Assembly: GCA_964370315.1 (NCBI GenBank)
Contig: CAYJIS010000002.1
Span: 35,753-99,752, forward strand
Length of the DNA stretch: 64,000 nt
Source: an uncultured Treponemataceae bacterium
GTDB taxonomy: Bacteria; Spirochaetota; Spirochaetia; Treponematales; Treponemataceae
Direction: 5' to 3'
A program made the translations under genes and the position numbers. Positions 27,569 to 37,356 of this stretch are shown here, piece after piece (the first letter of the stretch is position 1; each line of letters begins with the position of its first letter). The notes under the pieces are model-generated. The model was not told the origin of the DNA. It worked only from the letters and a program-made list of their open reading frames with translations, and made no database searches.

Positions 27569-28633
27569 CTAAAAAAAACTTGACCCACCAAAGGTTAAAC
27601 GAACCCCGGTAGAAAAAACAAGCCCAGCAACAATAGAGTGTCCTATCGGCAGGGCAGAATTATCAGTTTTATTAAAAACGGTCCATGCAACATCTTGTAC
27701 AAAAGACAGTCCCACTTTATCAATCGTTGCACTTGGACTCTGCCACGAAAAACCAAGTATTCCAGGAAAAACGGATGAACTTATTCGCTGCGAGTTTCCA
27801 ATTAATTTAGGGTTGCCAAATGTTAACACAGGCCCTGCATAGAGGCGAAACCCATACGGAACCGAAACGGTAAAGTGAATCGGCACTTGAACAATCCCCA
27901 TCCTAGGCTCAAATCGAAGTTCAAGCCCAATACCTGGCTGAGTAACCCATCCAGTATATTTTATATGCGCTTGCAATGAAGCGCCCCTTATATTGAACAA
28001 AAAACTATCGGTGCTATAGAAATTCCATAACATGGTTGCACTAAAATCAATAGTTGTGTCATCGAGAAAATCTTGTAAATCATGTTGTGGCACCGTAGAA
28101 CCATCCGGCATGGTAGGCTCCACTTTTTCTACAGGAGGTACATCTTCAACAGGAAGAGAGGCAGGCAAAAACTGGCCAACACCAGCATATGAATTTTTCC
28201 ATGTTGTTTGTTTTAAAGAAGAAACAATAACCCCTGTATTAGGCCCGTCACTCGCTGAATGAATAAATTGTTCATTTCCAATATAAATACCTGCATGCGA
28301 AACGCTATTTCCAACCGTTACAAAAAAAAGAACATCTCCGACTTCCTTTTTTTCATTAGGAACAATACGCATAAAACCATACATAGCCTCAACCGTCCTA
28401 GGAAGCTGAATGCCAACAGAATTACGAACTGTTGTGTAAATAAACCCAGAACAATCCATCCCCGAAGTCGTTGTACCTCCCCATGCATAAGGAACCCCAA
28501 CATATTTTTTTGCTTCAGTTACAACTTTTTGGCGAAGCGCAATAGCATCTTCTTGAGCTGCCTGTGAATAAAGAGGAAAAGATAGTACAATAAAAAAAAG
28601 TATGGCAAAGAAACCATATTTGGTATATTTCAT
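27569..28633 (-). CDS. NlpC/P60-family peptidoglycan endopeptidase fused to a C-terminal beta-rich domain
   Basis: 354 aa. Signal peptide. GVPYAWGGTTTSGMDCSGFIY ... HAGIYIG (Cys-His catalytic pair). The C-terminal roughly 170 aa show an alternating hydrophobic pattern and end ...TFGGSSFF. Confidence 0.8.
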   Translation of the reverse strand: MKYTKYGFFAILFFIVLSFPLYSQAAQEDAIALRQKVVTEAKKYVGVPYAWGGTTTSGMDCSGFIYTTVRNSVGIQLPRTVEAMYGFMRIVPNEKKEVGDVLFFVTVGNSVSHAGIYIGNEQFIHSASDGPNTGVIVSSLKQTTWKNSYAGVGQFLPASLPVEDVPPVEKVEPTMPDGSTVPQHDLQDFLDDTTIDFSATMLWNFYSTDSFLFNIRGASLQAHIKYTGWVTQPGIGLELRFEPRMGIVQVPIHFTVSVPYGFRLYAGPVLTFGNPKLIGNSQRISSSVFPGILGFSWQSPSATIDKVGLSFVQDVAWTVFNKTDNSALPIGHSIVAGLVFSTGVRLTFGGSSFF

Positions 28634-28726
28634 AATGCTTCTATATTATCGGCGATTTTAAAGAAAGTCACAAGTACCCACACCCCTTTATTGCAAATTC
28701 TCAAGAAAAACGGTATAGTTATAGAA

Positions 28727-29464
28727 ATGAATATTGTTCTTTTTTCAAAACGTGATAATTGCTTTTTTTCTCTTGATGACGAGCGCTCAATTCATATTCT
28801 TTCTGTCTTAAAAAAACAAGAAGGAAGCACCTTTGAAGCTGGAATAGAAAACGGCTCAGCCGGAGAAGCACTTATTACAAAAATTACAGAACAAGGAATT
28901 TTTTTTGATTTTAAGCCAACCTCGGATGGAAAACCCCTTTTTCCTATAGAAATGATTATTGGCTTTGTTCGACCAATTCAGTTAAAAAGGATTTTTAGAG
29001 ATATTGCAAGCTTGGGTGTTCAAAAAATTCACTTAGTAGGAACAGACCTTGGAGAAAAATCATATATGAATTCAAAATTAGTTGAAAGAGGAACGGCATA
29101 CAATGCTCTAAAAGAAGGTAGCATACAAGCTAAAAGCACACACATACCACAATTATTTATTCATGCATCAGTAAAAGATTGTCTAAATTCGCTTTCTTTA
29201 AAAACCAATGATGTTACTGTCTGCCTTGATAACATAGATTCAACAACATCTCTTTTTAAACACCTTCAAAAAAATACAGCTCAAACTGTTTATGCTGCAA
29301 TTGGCAGTGAACGTGGCTGGAGTGAAAATGAAAGGGCTCTCTTTAACAAAAAAGGATTTATCCTTTGTGGAATGGGAAAAAGAGTTCTTCGAACAGAAAC
29401 CGCAACAACAGTTGCTCTGAGCATTATATTACAATCCATGGGAGAACTAGATGAACCAAGATAG
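28727..29464 (+). CDS. rsmE: 16S rRNA (uracil1498-N3)-methyltransferase
   Basis: The track ORF starts at a TTG at 28691. The ATG at 28727 (MNIVLFSK...) fits the family N-terminus. C-terminal IGSERGWSENE and RTETA motifs. Confidence 0.8.
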   Translation: MNIVLFSKRDNCFFSLDDERSIHILSVLKKQEGSTFEAGIENGSAGEALITKITEQGIFFDFKPTSDGKPLFPIEMIIGFVRPIQLKRIFRDIASLGVQKIHLVGTDLGEKSYMNSKLVERGTAYNALKEGSIQAKSTHIPQLFIHASVKDCLNSLSLKTNDVTVCLDNIDSTTSLFKHLQKNTAQTVYAAIGSERGWSENERALFNKKGFILCGMGKRVLRTETATTVALSIILQSMGELDEPR

Positions 29465-30254
29465 AGTTAAAGAAATACTATTAGATATCAAAAATACAAA
29501 CCTTGAGTTTTCTCTCATATTTACAGGAAAAGAAAGCAAGCGTGTAAACGGATTATACAAACCTGAAAGCAAAGAAATTCTTTTACATAACAAAAATTTT
29601 ACCACTGATAATCAACTTATCTATACTGCTATTCATGAATATGCTCACCATATAATGAATGAACAAATACTAGACAGATCTGCAGGACTTGAGCATCTAA
29701 AAGGCAGGGCTCATACAATAGATTTTTGGGCAACTTTTCACCAATTATTAAACATAGCAGAAGAAAAAGGTTATTATGTAATGGGATTAGAAGAATGTCC
29801 AGAACTTGCAGAACTCACAGAAAATATTCGAAAAAATTACCTTGAAAAAAATGGCCTTTTGATGCAAGAATTTGGACAATTATTATCAAAAGCTCATCAA
29901 CTATGTATTGAAGCGCATATACGCTATGAGGACTATATAGATCGCTGCTTAAAAATACCACGACAGGCTGCCAAAAACATAAGCAAAGTAGGAGCAGTAG
30001 AGATTAATCCTTCCATAGGGTATGAAAACATGAAAATAATTGCCTCAATGGCTTCTGCAGATAAGCGTGCCTTAGCTCAGGAAGAACTTCTATCAGGAAA
30101 AAGCCCAGACACCGTTCGCTTTTCAATGAAAAAACCTTCTCCAGAAGTAGACCCAAAAGAAAGTCTCGAAAAAGAAAAAATACGGCTAGAAAAAACAATA
30201 GTACAGTTAACTAATAAACTCGAAATGGTGGAGGAAAAACTTGCAAATTTCTAA
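29451..30254 (+). CDS. Hypothetical protein with a DUF45/SprT-like HExxH...H..FW metallohydrolase motif and a C-terminal coiled coil
   Basis: 267 aa. IYTAIHEYAHHIMNE ... GRAHTIDFWATF. Overlaps the rsmE stop by 14 nt. Confidence 0.6.
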   Translation: MNQDRVKEILLDIKNTNLEFSLIFTGKESKRVNGLYKPESKEILLHNKNFTTDNQLIYTAIHEYAHHIMNEQILDRSAGLEHLKGRAHTIDFWATFHQLLNIAEEKGYYVMGLEECPELAELTENIRKNYLEKNGLLMQEFGQLLSKAHQLCIEAHIRYEDYIDRCLKIPRQAAKNISKVGAVEINPSIGYENMKIIASMASADKRALAQEELLSGKSPDTVRFSMKKPSPEVDPKESLEKEKIRLEKTIVQLTNKLEMVEEKLANF

Positions 30255-31227
30255 AAACAGCAAACCTATCCTAATTAGTTTTTTCTTTTTGCCCTTGTTC
30301 TTATTTTCACAAAGTGTTCAACCTCCGACAATCCCTACAATAACAGTTCCCTCTGTTGCAGCACCAACTATGCCAAATGCGCCTATTGTTACCACACCCA
30401 CTCTTTCCGAGTCTTCAATTCCGCAGATTCCTGCGATACCAACAATAACAACCCCTTCGCCAAGTAACTCAACATCGACTATTAATCCAAACTTAGAAGA
30501 AAGCAATCTCCCAGAGAATTCTACAATACGAACCACAACGACAACAAGCAGTCCGCAAGGCACAACGATTCCAAGCAGTTTAACATCAGAACTAAGTGCA
30601 ACGGCCATAGAAACACTATCAACCCTTTTTTCAAATGATACAAACGCAATAGGGGAAAATCCTCTCGCAAGCATATCTTCTTTGAGTGGCTTATCTTCTT
30701 TATTAGACACTAACCAGACCACAAACACAACAGGGGCTAATACCGTTTCAACAAATGCCTTGCTGCAAGAAGTGCTCACAAAACTTCAGGAACTTGAAGC
30801 AAGGATAGACACAACACAAACCACTGCGAGTTCTAAAAATAATACCCCTATACAAAACTCATCTTCAATTTTGCGTTTCTCAGCTTCATACGGTCAAAAC
30901 AATGAATCACAAAACATATTAAATTCGATAAAGAAAGTTTATATTTCTAAACCTGAAAAAGATGGAACATTTTTACTTACCTGCGATAGAGTCTATGCGG
31001 TCGCAAATACTGTCTATCAAGAAACATTCTATATGCTATTTAAATCAGTAAAATCCGATACATTTGAAGTTGCCTTAAGCGCACAAGGAAAAGATACTAA
31101 CTCTGTTTTACAACAAATTGCACTAGACTCACCTTTTAGTGCAACAAGAACAGGAAACCTTGTATCAATTAACATTTACAATAGTAAACAACAACTAGAA
31201 GTCCTGTTAGATATAGACTTTAACTAA
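30241..31227 (+). CDS. Secreted Pro/Thr/Ser-rich hypothetical protein
   Basis: 328 aa. TTG start overlapping the previous gene. Signal peptide. A low-complexity P/T/S region of about 170 aa is followed by a globular domain of about 130 aa. Confidence 0.55.
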   Translation: MQISKNSKPILISFFFLPLFLFSQSVQPPTIPTITVPSVAAPTMPNAPIVTTPTLSESSIPQIPAIPTITTPSPSNSTSTINPNLEESNLPENSTIRTTTTTSSPQGTTIPSSLTSELSATAIETLSTLFSNDTNAIGENPLASISSLSGLSSLLDTNQTTNTTGANTVSTNALLQEVLTKLQELEARIDTTQTTASSKNNTPIQNSSSILRFSASYGQNNESQNILNSIKKVYISKPEKDGTFLLTCDRVYAVANTVYQETFYMLFKSVKSDTFEVALSAQGKDTNSVLQQIALDSPFSATRTGNLVSINIYNSKQQLEVLLDIDFN

Positions 31228-31239
31228 TAAAAGGAATAC

Positions 31240-31920
31240 ATGAAAAACAAACTTAAAGAAGGCTTAGAAAGCATAGGAATTTATGACACCACAAAAGCAG
31301 AAAAACTTTTTCAGTATGCAAAAGAACTGGAGTTATCAAGTGAAGAATTTGGTCTAAGCACTATTGTTGATATAGAAGAAATAATAGTTAGGCATATCTT
31401 TGACAGTCTTGTTGCTGTTCCACATATACAAAGCATAAAAACCAAAATGCTCTTAAAAGAACCTCTTAAAAAAAGTGACTTTACTATTGCAGATATAGGC
31501 TCTGGCGGAGGAATTCCTGGCATCCCTCTTTCTATTATTCTTGACGACACCAACTTTGTTTTAGCCGAAAGAATGACAAAACGCTGCTCTTTTTTATCAC
31601 GATGCAAAGAAAATCTACAGTTAAAAAATGTTTCCATTGAAACAATAGAAGCAGAAAGAATAGCACAAAAAAGATTTGATATTTGTGTTTTTAGAGCTTT
31701 TCGCCCGCTAGATAAAAAAATGACTCGCGTGCTTCTTCGAATATTAAAAGAAGACGGGAGCCTTGTCGCATATAAAGCGAAAAAAGAAAAAATAACAGAA
31801 GAAATGTCCTCTATCCAACAATGGGTGCAAAGCTATGAGGTTATTCCCCTGCAAGTACCTTTTTTAGAAAATCATGAACGCCATCTTGTTGTAATAAAAA
31901 AACCTAATAGTAATAATTAG
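31240..31920 (+). CDS. rsmG: 16S rRNA (guanine527-N7)-methyltransferase
   Basis: 226 aa. SAM motif DIGSGGGIPGIPL. Confidence 0.88.
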   Translation: MKNKLKEGLESIGIYDTTKAEKLFQYAKELELSSEEFGLSTIVDIEEIIVRHIFDSLVAVPHIQSIKTKMLLKEPLKKSDFTIADIGSGGGIPGIPLSIILDDTNFVLAERMTKRCSFLSRCKENLQLKNVSIETIEAERIAQKRFDICVFRAFRPLDKKMTRVLLRILKEDGSLVAYKAKKEKITEEMSSIQQWVQSYEVIPLQVPFLENHERHLVVIKKPNSNN

Positions 31921-31921
31921 T

Positions 31922-33268
31922 TTAACTCGCTGCAACCTTATTGAACAACTTTAACAAAGCCTCTTTGTCAATCAAGTCAATAGGGCGCCCCTCCACAAAT
32001 TTTTTGGTATCACTTGTAAAGCTTCCTGCAGTAAAACAAATACCCCTTCCAGCTTTTAAATCCCGAATTCTCCCATGAAAATCACGAATAACAAATTCCC
32101 CAGTAACACCTGTATTTCTGTAGAACCTAAAAACCACATAATCTTCCCACTTTGCGGTTTCAATTTCGGCTTGTATTTCAACTACATCGGGCTTTGCATC
32201 CATACCAATAATTTTAACTTGAGAATTAGCATAAAAAGATGAAACAATTTTTCTACACATCGCTAAAAATTCACTACTCCCTGAAACCAAGTATGTTTTT
32301 AGGCTTGCATTTTGATTCATTTCTTGGTAGCGCGAAATAAGTGCGTTTGTATCTTTGTATCCAGGGCTTGATGCATTTACTATTTGTAATAAACTTAAGG
32401 CCTCAGAGATATTATTTGTTTGTAAATAGGTTTGCGCTAAATTATATCTAATCGAAGTAAGTATATCTAAAGGAACATCCGTATGTTTTAATCCAATTTC
32501 ATAATCTTTTACCGCTTTTTCATACTGCTTTTGCTTTTCATGAGCAGCACCTGCGTATAAACAGGCCTTCGCCCCAAATTCTGGATCAGCACGCAAATGT
32601 GAAAAAACAGGTAAAGATTTATCGATTCTGCCACAATGATATAAAGATTCTGCCATGGAAAATAAAACTTTTTTGTTCTCTGGATTAGTTTCAAAAGCAA
32701 CTTTTAAATGAGGAAAAGCTTGTTTGTAAGCTTGCTGTTGATGAAGAGCAAGTCCTAAATACTCATGAACAAGAGCATTTTCTCTGTTAAGGGCGAGGGC
32801 TTTATTAAAAAACGGAATCGCTTTTTCTGCCTGGTTATCGCTCAGGTATACCTGACCTAAATAAAAATTTATTTCAAAGTTATCAGGCATCTTGCTTCGC
32901 GCTATTAGTAAGTTTTTAAAAGCTGCTTCGACTCTTTTTGTTTTTAAGGCACATACACCAGCTTTATATGAAGCATTTGTAATATCAACCTCTGGATTCA
33001 GAGGAGCAACTTCAATAAGAGTATTAAATAAGTCTAAAGCTTTTTCCCATTCATTTTCTTCAAAATATAATTCTGCAAGAGGCAATAACCCACGGGGATT
33101 ACGTTGATCTTGTTTTAATTTTTTTTGTGCCTCTTTAATAAGAGCTTGCCTGGATTTTCTATTCTTAGCACCCTGTGTCTTGGGGTTTTTTGAGGCTGTC
33201 GTAAAAAAAACTATAAAAGCCGCTATTACAACCGCAGCAGCAATTATTATTGGAACAATAAAATTCAT
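31922..33268 (-). CDS. Membrane-anchored TPR-repeat protein with a C-terminal Mrr_cat-like (restriction-endonuclease-fold) domain
   Basis: 448 aa. One N-terminal TM helix and about 6 TPR-like units. The C-terminus FLAMCRKIV...DVVEIQAE...YVVFRFYR...GICFTAGSFTSDTKKFVEGRPIDLIDKEALLKLF resembles the Mrr catalytic-domain layout. Confidence 0.65.
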   Translation of the reverse strand: MNFIVPIIIAAAVVIAAFIVFFTTASKNPKTQGAKNRKSRQALIKEAQKKLKQDQRNPRGLLPLAELYFEENEWEKALDLFNTLIEVAPLNPEVDITNASYKAGVCALKTKRVEAAFKNLLIARSKMPDNFEINFYLGQVYLSDNQAEKAIPFFNKALALNRENALVHEYLGLALHQQQAYKQAFPHLKVAFETNPENKKVLFSMAESLYHCGRIDKSLPVFSHLRADPEFGAKACLYAGAAHEKQKQYEKAVKDYEIGLKHTDVPLDILTSIRYNLAQTYLQTNNISEALSLLQIVNASSPGYKDTNALISRYQEMNQNASLKTYLVSGSSEFLAMCRKIVSSFYANSQVKIIGMDAKPDVVEIQAEIETAKWEDYVVFRFYRNTGVTGEFVIRDFHGRIRDLKAGRGICFTAGSFTSDTKKFVEGRPIDLIDKEALLKLFNKVAAS

Positions 33269-33363
33269 ACTATATATATTATGCCCTTATTCATTATTTC
33301 TGTCAATGCATTTTAATCCTATACTCATAGACTACTACCCATTTTTACTGTATACTATATACT

Positions 33364-34254
33364 ATGAGTACAAAAACAGCAGTTGTTGCCATTATAGGCC
33401 GACCTTCAGCAGGAAAGTCAACTTTTTTAAACACCGCAAGTGGAGAAAAAATTTCTATTGTTTCTGAAATTCCACAAACTACAAGGAATGCCGTTAAGGG
33501 CATTGTAAACACATCCTTTGGGCAGCTTGTGTTTATTGATACCCCTGGGTACCATAATTCAGAAAAAAAGCTTAACTTAAAATTAAAAACAATTACACAA
33601 GACCAGCTCTCAGACGCAGACCTTATTTTGTACATGCTCGATTCAACAAGACCCGCTGGTGAGGAAGAAAAACTCACCGCAGAATTAATTTTACCCTTTA
33701 CAGAGAAAACCGTCATTGGCATAAATAAAATTGATGACAAACATTCAAAGGCCTCTCTTTGTAGAACATTCATTGAAAAAACATTTGAAAACTTCCCTGA
33801 AAGCCGTGCATTAGAAATTTCTGCAAAAGAAGACACTGGTATAAACGAGCTTTTAAAAGCTTTATATGATCTTGCACCTGAAGCACCTAATTTATACCCA
33901 GAAGAATACTATACCGACCAAGAAGTAGATTTTCGCATTGCAGAAATTGTAAGAGAGCAAGCAATAAATCGCCTTAGGGATGAAATTCCCCACTCTATTT
34001 ATGTAGATATTTCTGACATGGAATGGAGAAAAAATGGCAAAGAGCTTTGGGTGCGTGCCTTTTTAGTGGTAGAAAGAGAAAGTCAAAAAGGCATGGTAAT
34101 TGGAAAAGGTGCAACTATGATTAGAACAATCCGTGTAGAATCCATTAAAGAACTTAGAAAACTTTTTGACTATAGAATTGACCTTGACTTACAAGTTAAA
34201 GTAAATAAAAACTGGCGCAAAAAAGATGGTGTGCTAACAAAAATACTCCGCTAA
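33364..34254 (+). CDS. era: GTPase Era
   Basis: 296 aa. G1 GRPSAGKST, G3 DTPG, G4 NKID, and a KH domain (ERESQKGMVIGKGATMI). Confidence 0.95.
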   Translation: MSTKTAVVAIIGRPSAGKSTFLNTASGEKISIVSEIPQTTRNAVKGIVNTSFGQLVFIDTPGYHNSEKKLNLKLKTITQDQLSDADLILYMLDSTRPAGEEEKLTAELILPFTEKTVIGINKIDDKHSKASLCRTFIEKTFENFPESRALEISAKEDTGINELLKALYDLAPEAPNLYPEEYYTDQEVDFRIAEIVREQAINRLRDEIPHSIYVDISDMEWRKNGKELWVRAFLVVERESQKGMVIGKGATMIRTIRVESIKELRKLFDYRIDLDLQVKVNKNWRKKDGVLTKILR

Positions 34255-34264
34255 GGTTGTTTTC

Positions 34265-35131
34265 ATGACAAAAATAATTTCAAATGAGTTTTTAACTGTA
34301 GCAATTAATTCTCTTGGGGCTGAAATAACCTCAATAAAAACAAAATCTAATCAAGAGATTCTCTGGCAAAAACAAGACGAAATATGGGACAGCCAAGCTC
34401 CTTTCTTATTTCCTTGGACAGGTCGAATTCTAAACAAAACCTTCCTGCATGAAGGGAAAAAATTTTTTGCTCCAAATCATGGCTTCCTTAAAGAAGAAAA
34501 TCACTCATTAATAGAAAGTTTTGAAAAAAACAAAGCTCAATTTAGTTTTTCTCATATAAATCTGGATAAATTTCCGTTCCCGTTTTTTATCCATCACACT
34601 TTTACACTTAATGAAAAAAATCTTAGACACTCTATTGCAATAACCAACACTGGCTCATCTGACATGCCTTTTGGGCTTGGCTTCCACCCTGGTTTTATCT
34701 GTCCCTTTGATAGCAAAAAGAAAGCGTCTGATTACACGCTTTCTTTTGACACACCACAAGAACCACAAATTGTCTTGATGGAAGGTGGGCATCCAAATAA
34801 AAAAACAGAGTCGTATAATAGCACAATTACTTTAAGGGATTCTTTTTTTGTAAACGATTCACTTTGTTTAACGAATTTAAAAGCTAAAACTATTTCCTTG
34901 CAAGAAAAGGGGACAGAAAACAAAATTGTTATTAACATAGAAAACTTTCCGTATGTTTTATTATGGAGCGCCCCTACCCCAACCTTACAGTTTATTTGCA
35001 TAGAACCATGGCTTACATTGCCAGATTTTATAAATGCTCCTGCTGAATGGACACAAAAAGAAAACTTGTTATCATTACAGCCAAATACCACTAGAGAAGT
35101 TTTTTTAAATATGAATTTTTCCTTTAAGTAA
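34265..35131 (+). CDS. Aldose 1-epimerase family protein
   Basis: 288 aa. GFHPGF and EPW motifs typical of galactose-mutarotase-like proteins. Confidence 0.75.
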   Translation: MTKIISNEFLTVAINSLGAEITSIKTKSNQEILWQKQDEIWDSQAPFLFPWTGRILNKTFLHEGKKFFAPNHGFLKEENHSLIESFEKNKAQFSFSHINLDKFPFPFFIHHTFTLNEKNLRHSIAITNTGSSDMPFGLGFHPGFICPFDSKKKASDYTLSFDTPQEPQIVLMEGGHPNKKTESYNSTITLRDSFFVNDSLCLTNLKAKTISLQEKGTENKIVINIENFPYVLLWSAPTPTLQFICIEPWLTLPDFINAPAEWTQKENLLSLQPNTTREVFLNMNFSFK

Positions 35132-35181
35132 ATTATCTTCCATATAACACAACTATGTATGTTGCAAAATAAAGAGTTTTC

Positions 35182-35874
35182 ATGTATTCTGTCTCTATGC
35201 AAATAAAACAACTTTTGTTCGACATGGACAACACCCTTTATCCAGAAGCTAGTTTAATAGATAAAAACTTAACACACAGAATACTGTCATTTGTTTCTTC
35301 TTTTTTTTCCGTTTCTATAGAAAATGCAATTGAAAAAAGAAAAGAAGGCCTTACTCGCCATGGAACAACATTAGAATGGCTTTTAACAGAACATGGACTT
35401 AAAGACACAAAATCTTATTTTGAATTTTTGCACCCTTCTTGCGAAAAAGAAGAAGTCGACTTTGATCCAAACTTACGTCCTTTTTTACTACGTTTAAAGG
35501 AACACTTTCATTTAACAGTCTTAACAAACGCCCCTACAATACATGCCAACTGTATCCTTAATCACTTACAAGTATACGATTTATTTGAAGGCATATACGA
35601 CCTAGAAGATAATAATTTTTTAGGAAAACCTCATAAAGAGGCCTACCTAATGGCAATAGAGAAACAAGGCTTTTCTATTGAAGAAACCCTTTTTTTTGAT
35701 GATCACCCTAAATACATAAAAGGTTTTTCTGATATTGGCGGAAAAGGTATCTTAATAGACCTCCTAGATCGATATAATAAAGAAGATATTGAAAAATGCA
35801 ACGCTTTTGCCAAAATAAAAACTATATATGAAATACCTTCATTATTGAAAAACGCTTATAGCTTATCAGTTTAG
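35182..35874 (+). CDS. HAD-superfamily hydrolase (pyrimidine 5'-nucleotidase-like)
   Basis: 230 aa. Motif I FDMDNTLY, motif II LTNA, motif IV FFDD. Confidence 0.8.
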   Translation: MYSVSMQIKQLLFDMDNTLYPEASLIDKNLTHRILSFVSSFFSVSIENAIEKRKEGLTRHGTTLEWLLTEHGLKDTKSYFEFLHPSCEKEEVDFDPNLRPFLLRLKEHFHLTVLTNAPTIHANCILNHLQVYDLFEGIYDLEDNNFLGKPHKEAYLMAIEKQGFSIEETLFFDDHPKYIKGFSDIGGKGILIDLLDRYNKEDIEKCNAFAKIKTIYEIPSLLKNAYSLSV

Positions 35875-35963
35875 ATTTTTTATCTATATTAAAAAACTTA
35901 AACAACACTGTTATACGCTCTATCTTTTTATCTAAAAACACTCTCCAAAACCACTCTTTTCCC

Positions 35964-35992
35964 TTGACAGACATAAAAAACAATGCAATAAT
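35964..35992 (+). promoter_or_regulatory. Putative promoter of the mgl operon
   Basis: TTGACA, a 17-nt spacer, then AATAAT, about 75 nt upstream of the ATG at 36068. RBS AGGAGG. Confidence 0.45.
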
Positions 35993-36037
35993 TACTGTTA
36001 GGCGTGTGTATTCACGCAATTAACTCTTTAGCACTAA

Positions 36038-37270
<1,233 letters not shown>

Positions 37271-37303
37271 TAGTCCTGTAAATCCTGAATTCGAATTACG
37301 ATG

Positions 37304-37336
37304 AAAAACTGTGGTACTTTGGTGCCACAGTTTTTC
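37304..37336 (+). terminator. Intra-operon hairpin and T-run between mglB and mglA (attenuator or partial terminator)
   Basis: 14-bp stem AAAAACTGTGGTAC / GTGCCACAGTTTTT with one G-U pair and loop TTTG. Lies 20 nt before the mglA ATG. Confidence 0.65.
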
Positions 37337-37356
37337 GATTATACAAAGGAAATCTG

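Noticed and set aside
33345-33836. 163-aa minus-strand ORF in the track.
   Set aside because: It lies entirely antisense to era, which has unmistakable GTPase motifs, so it is a shadow ORF. The same reasoning applies to 30318-30779, 34732-35211, 43050-43523, 13303-13695, 12841-13170, 23399-23689, 31311-31637, 27181-27555, 53800-54174 and the other short track ORFs that overlap confidently assigned genes.
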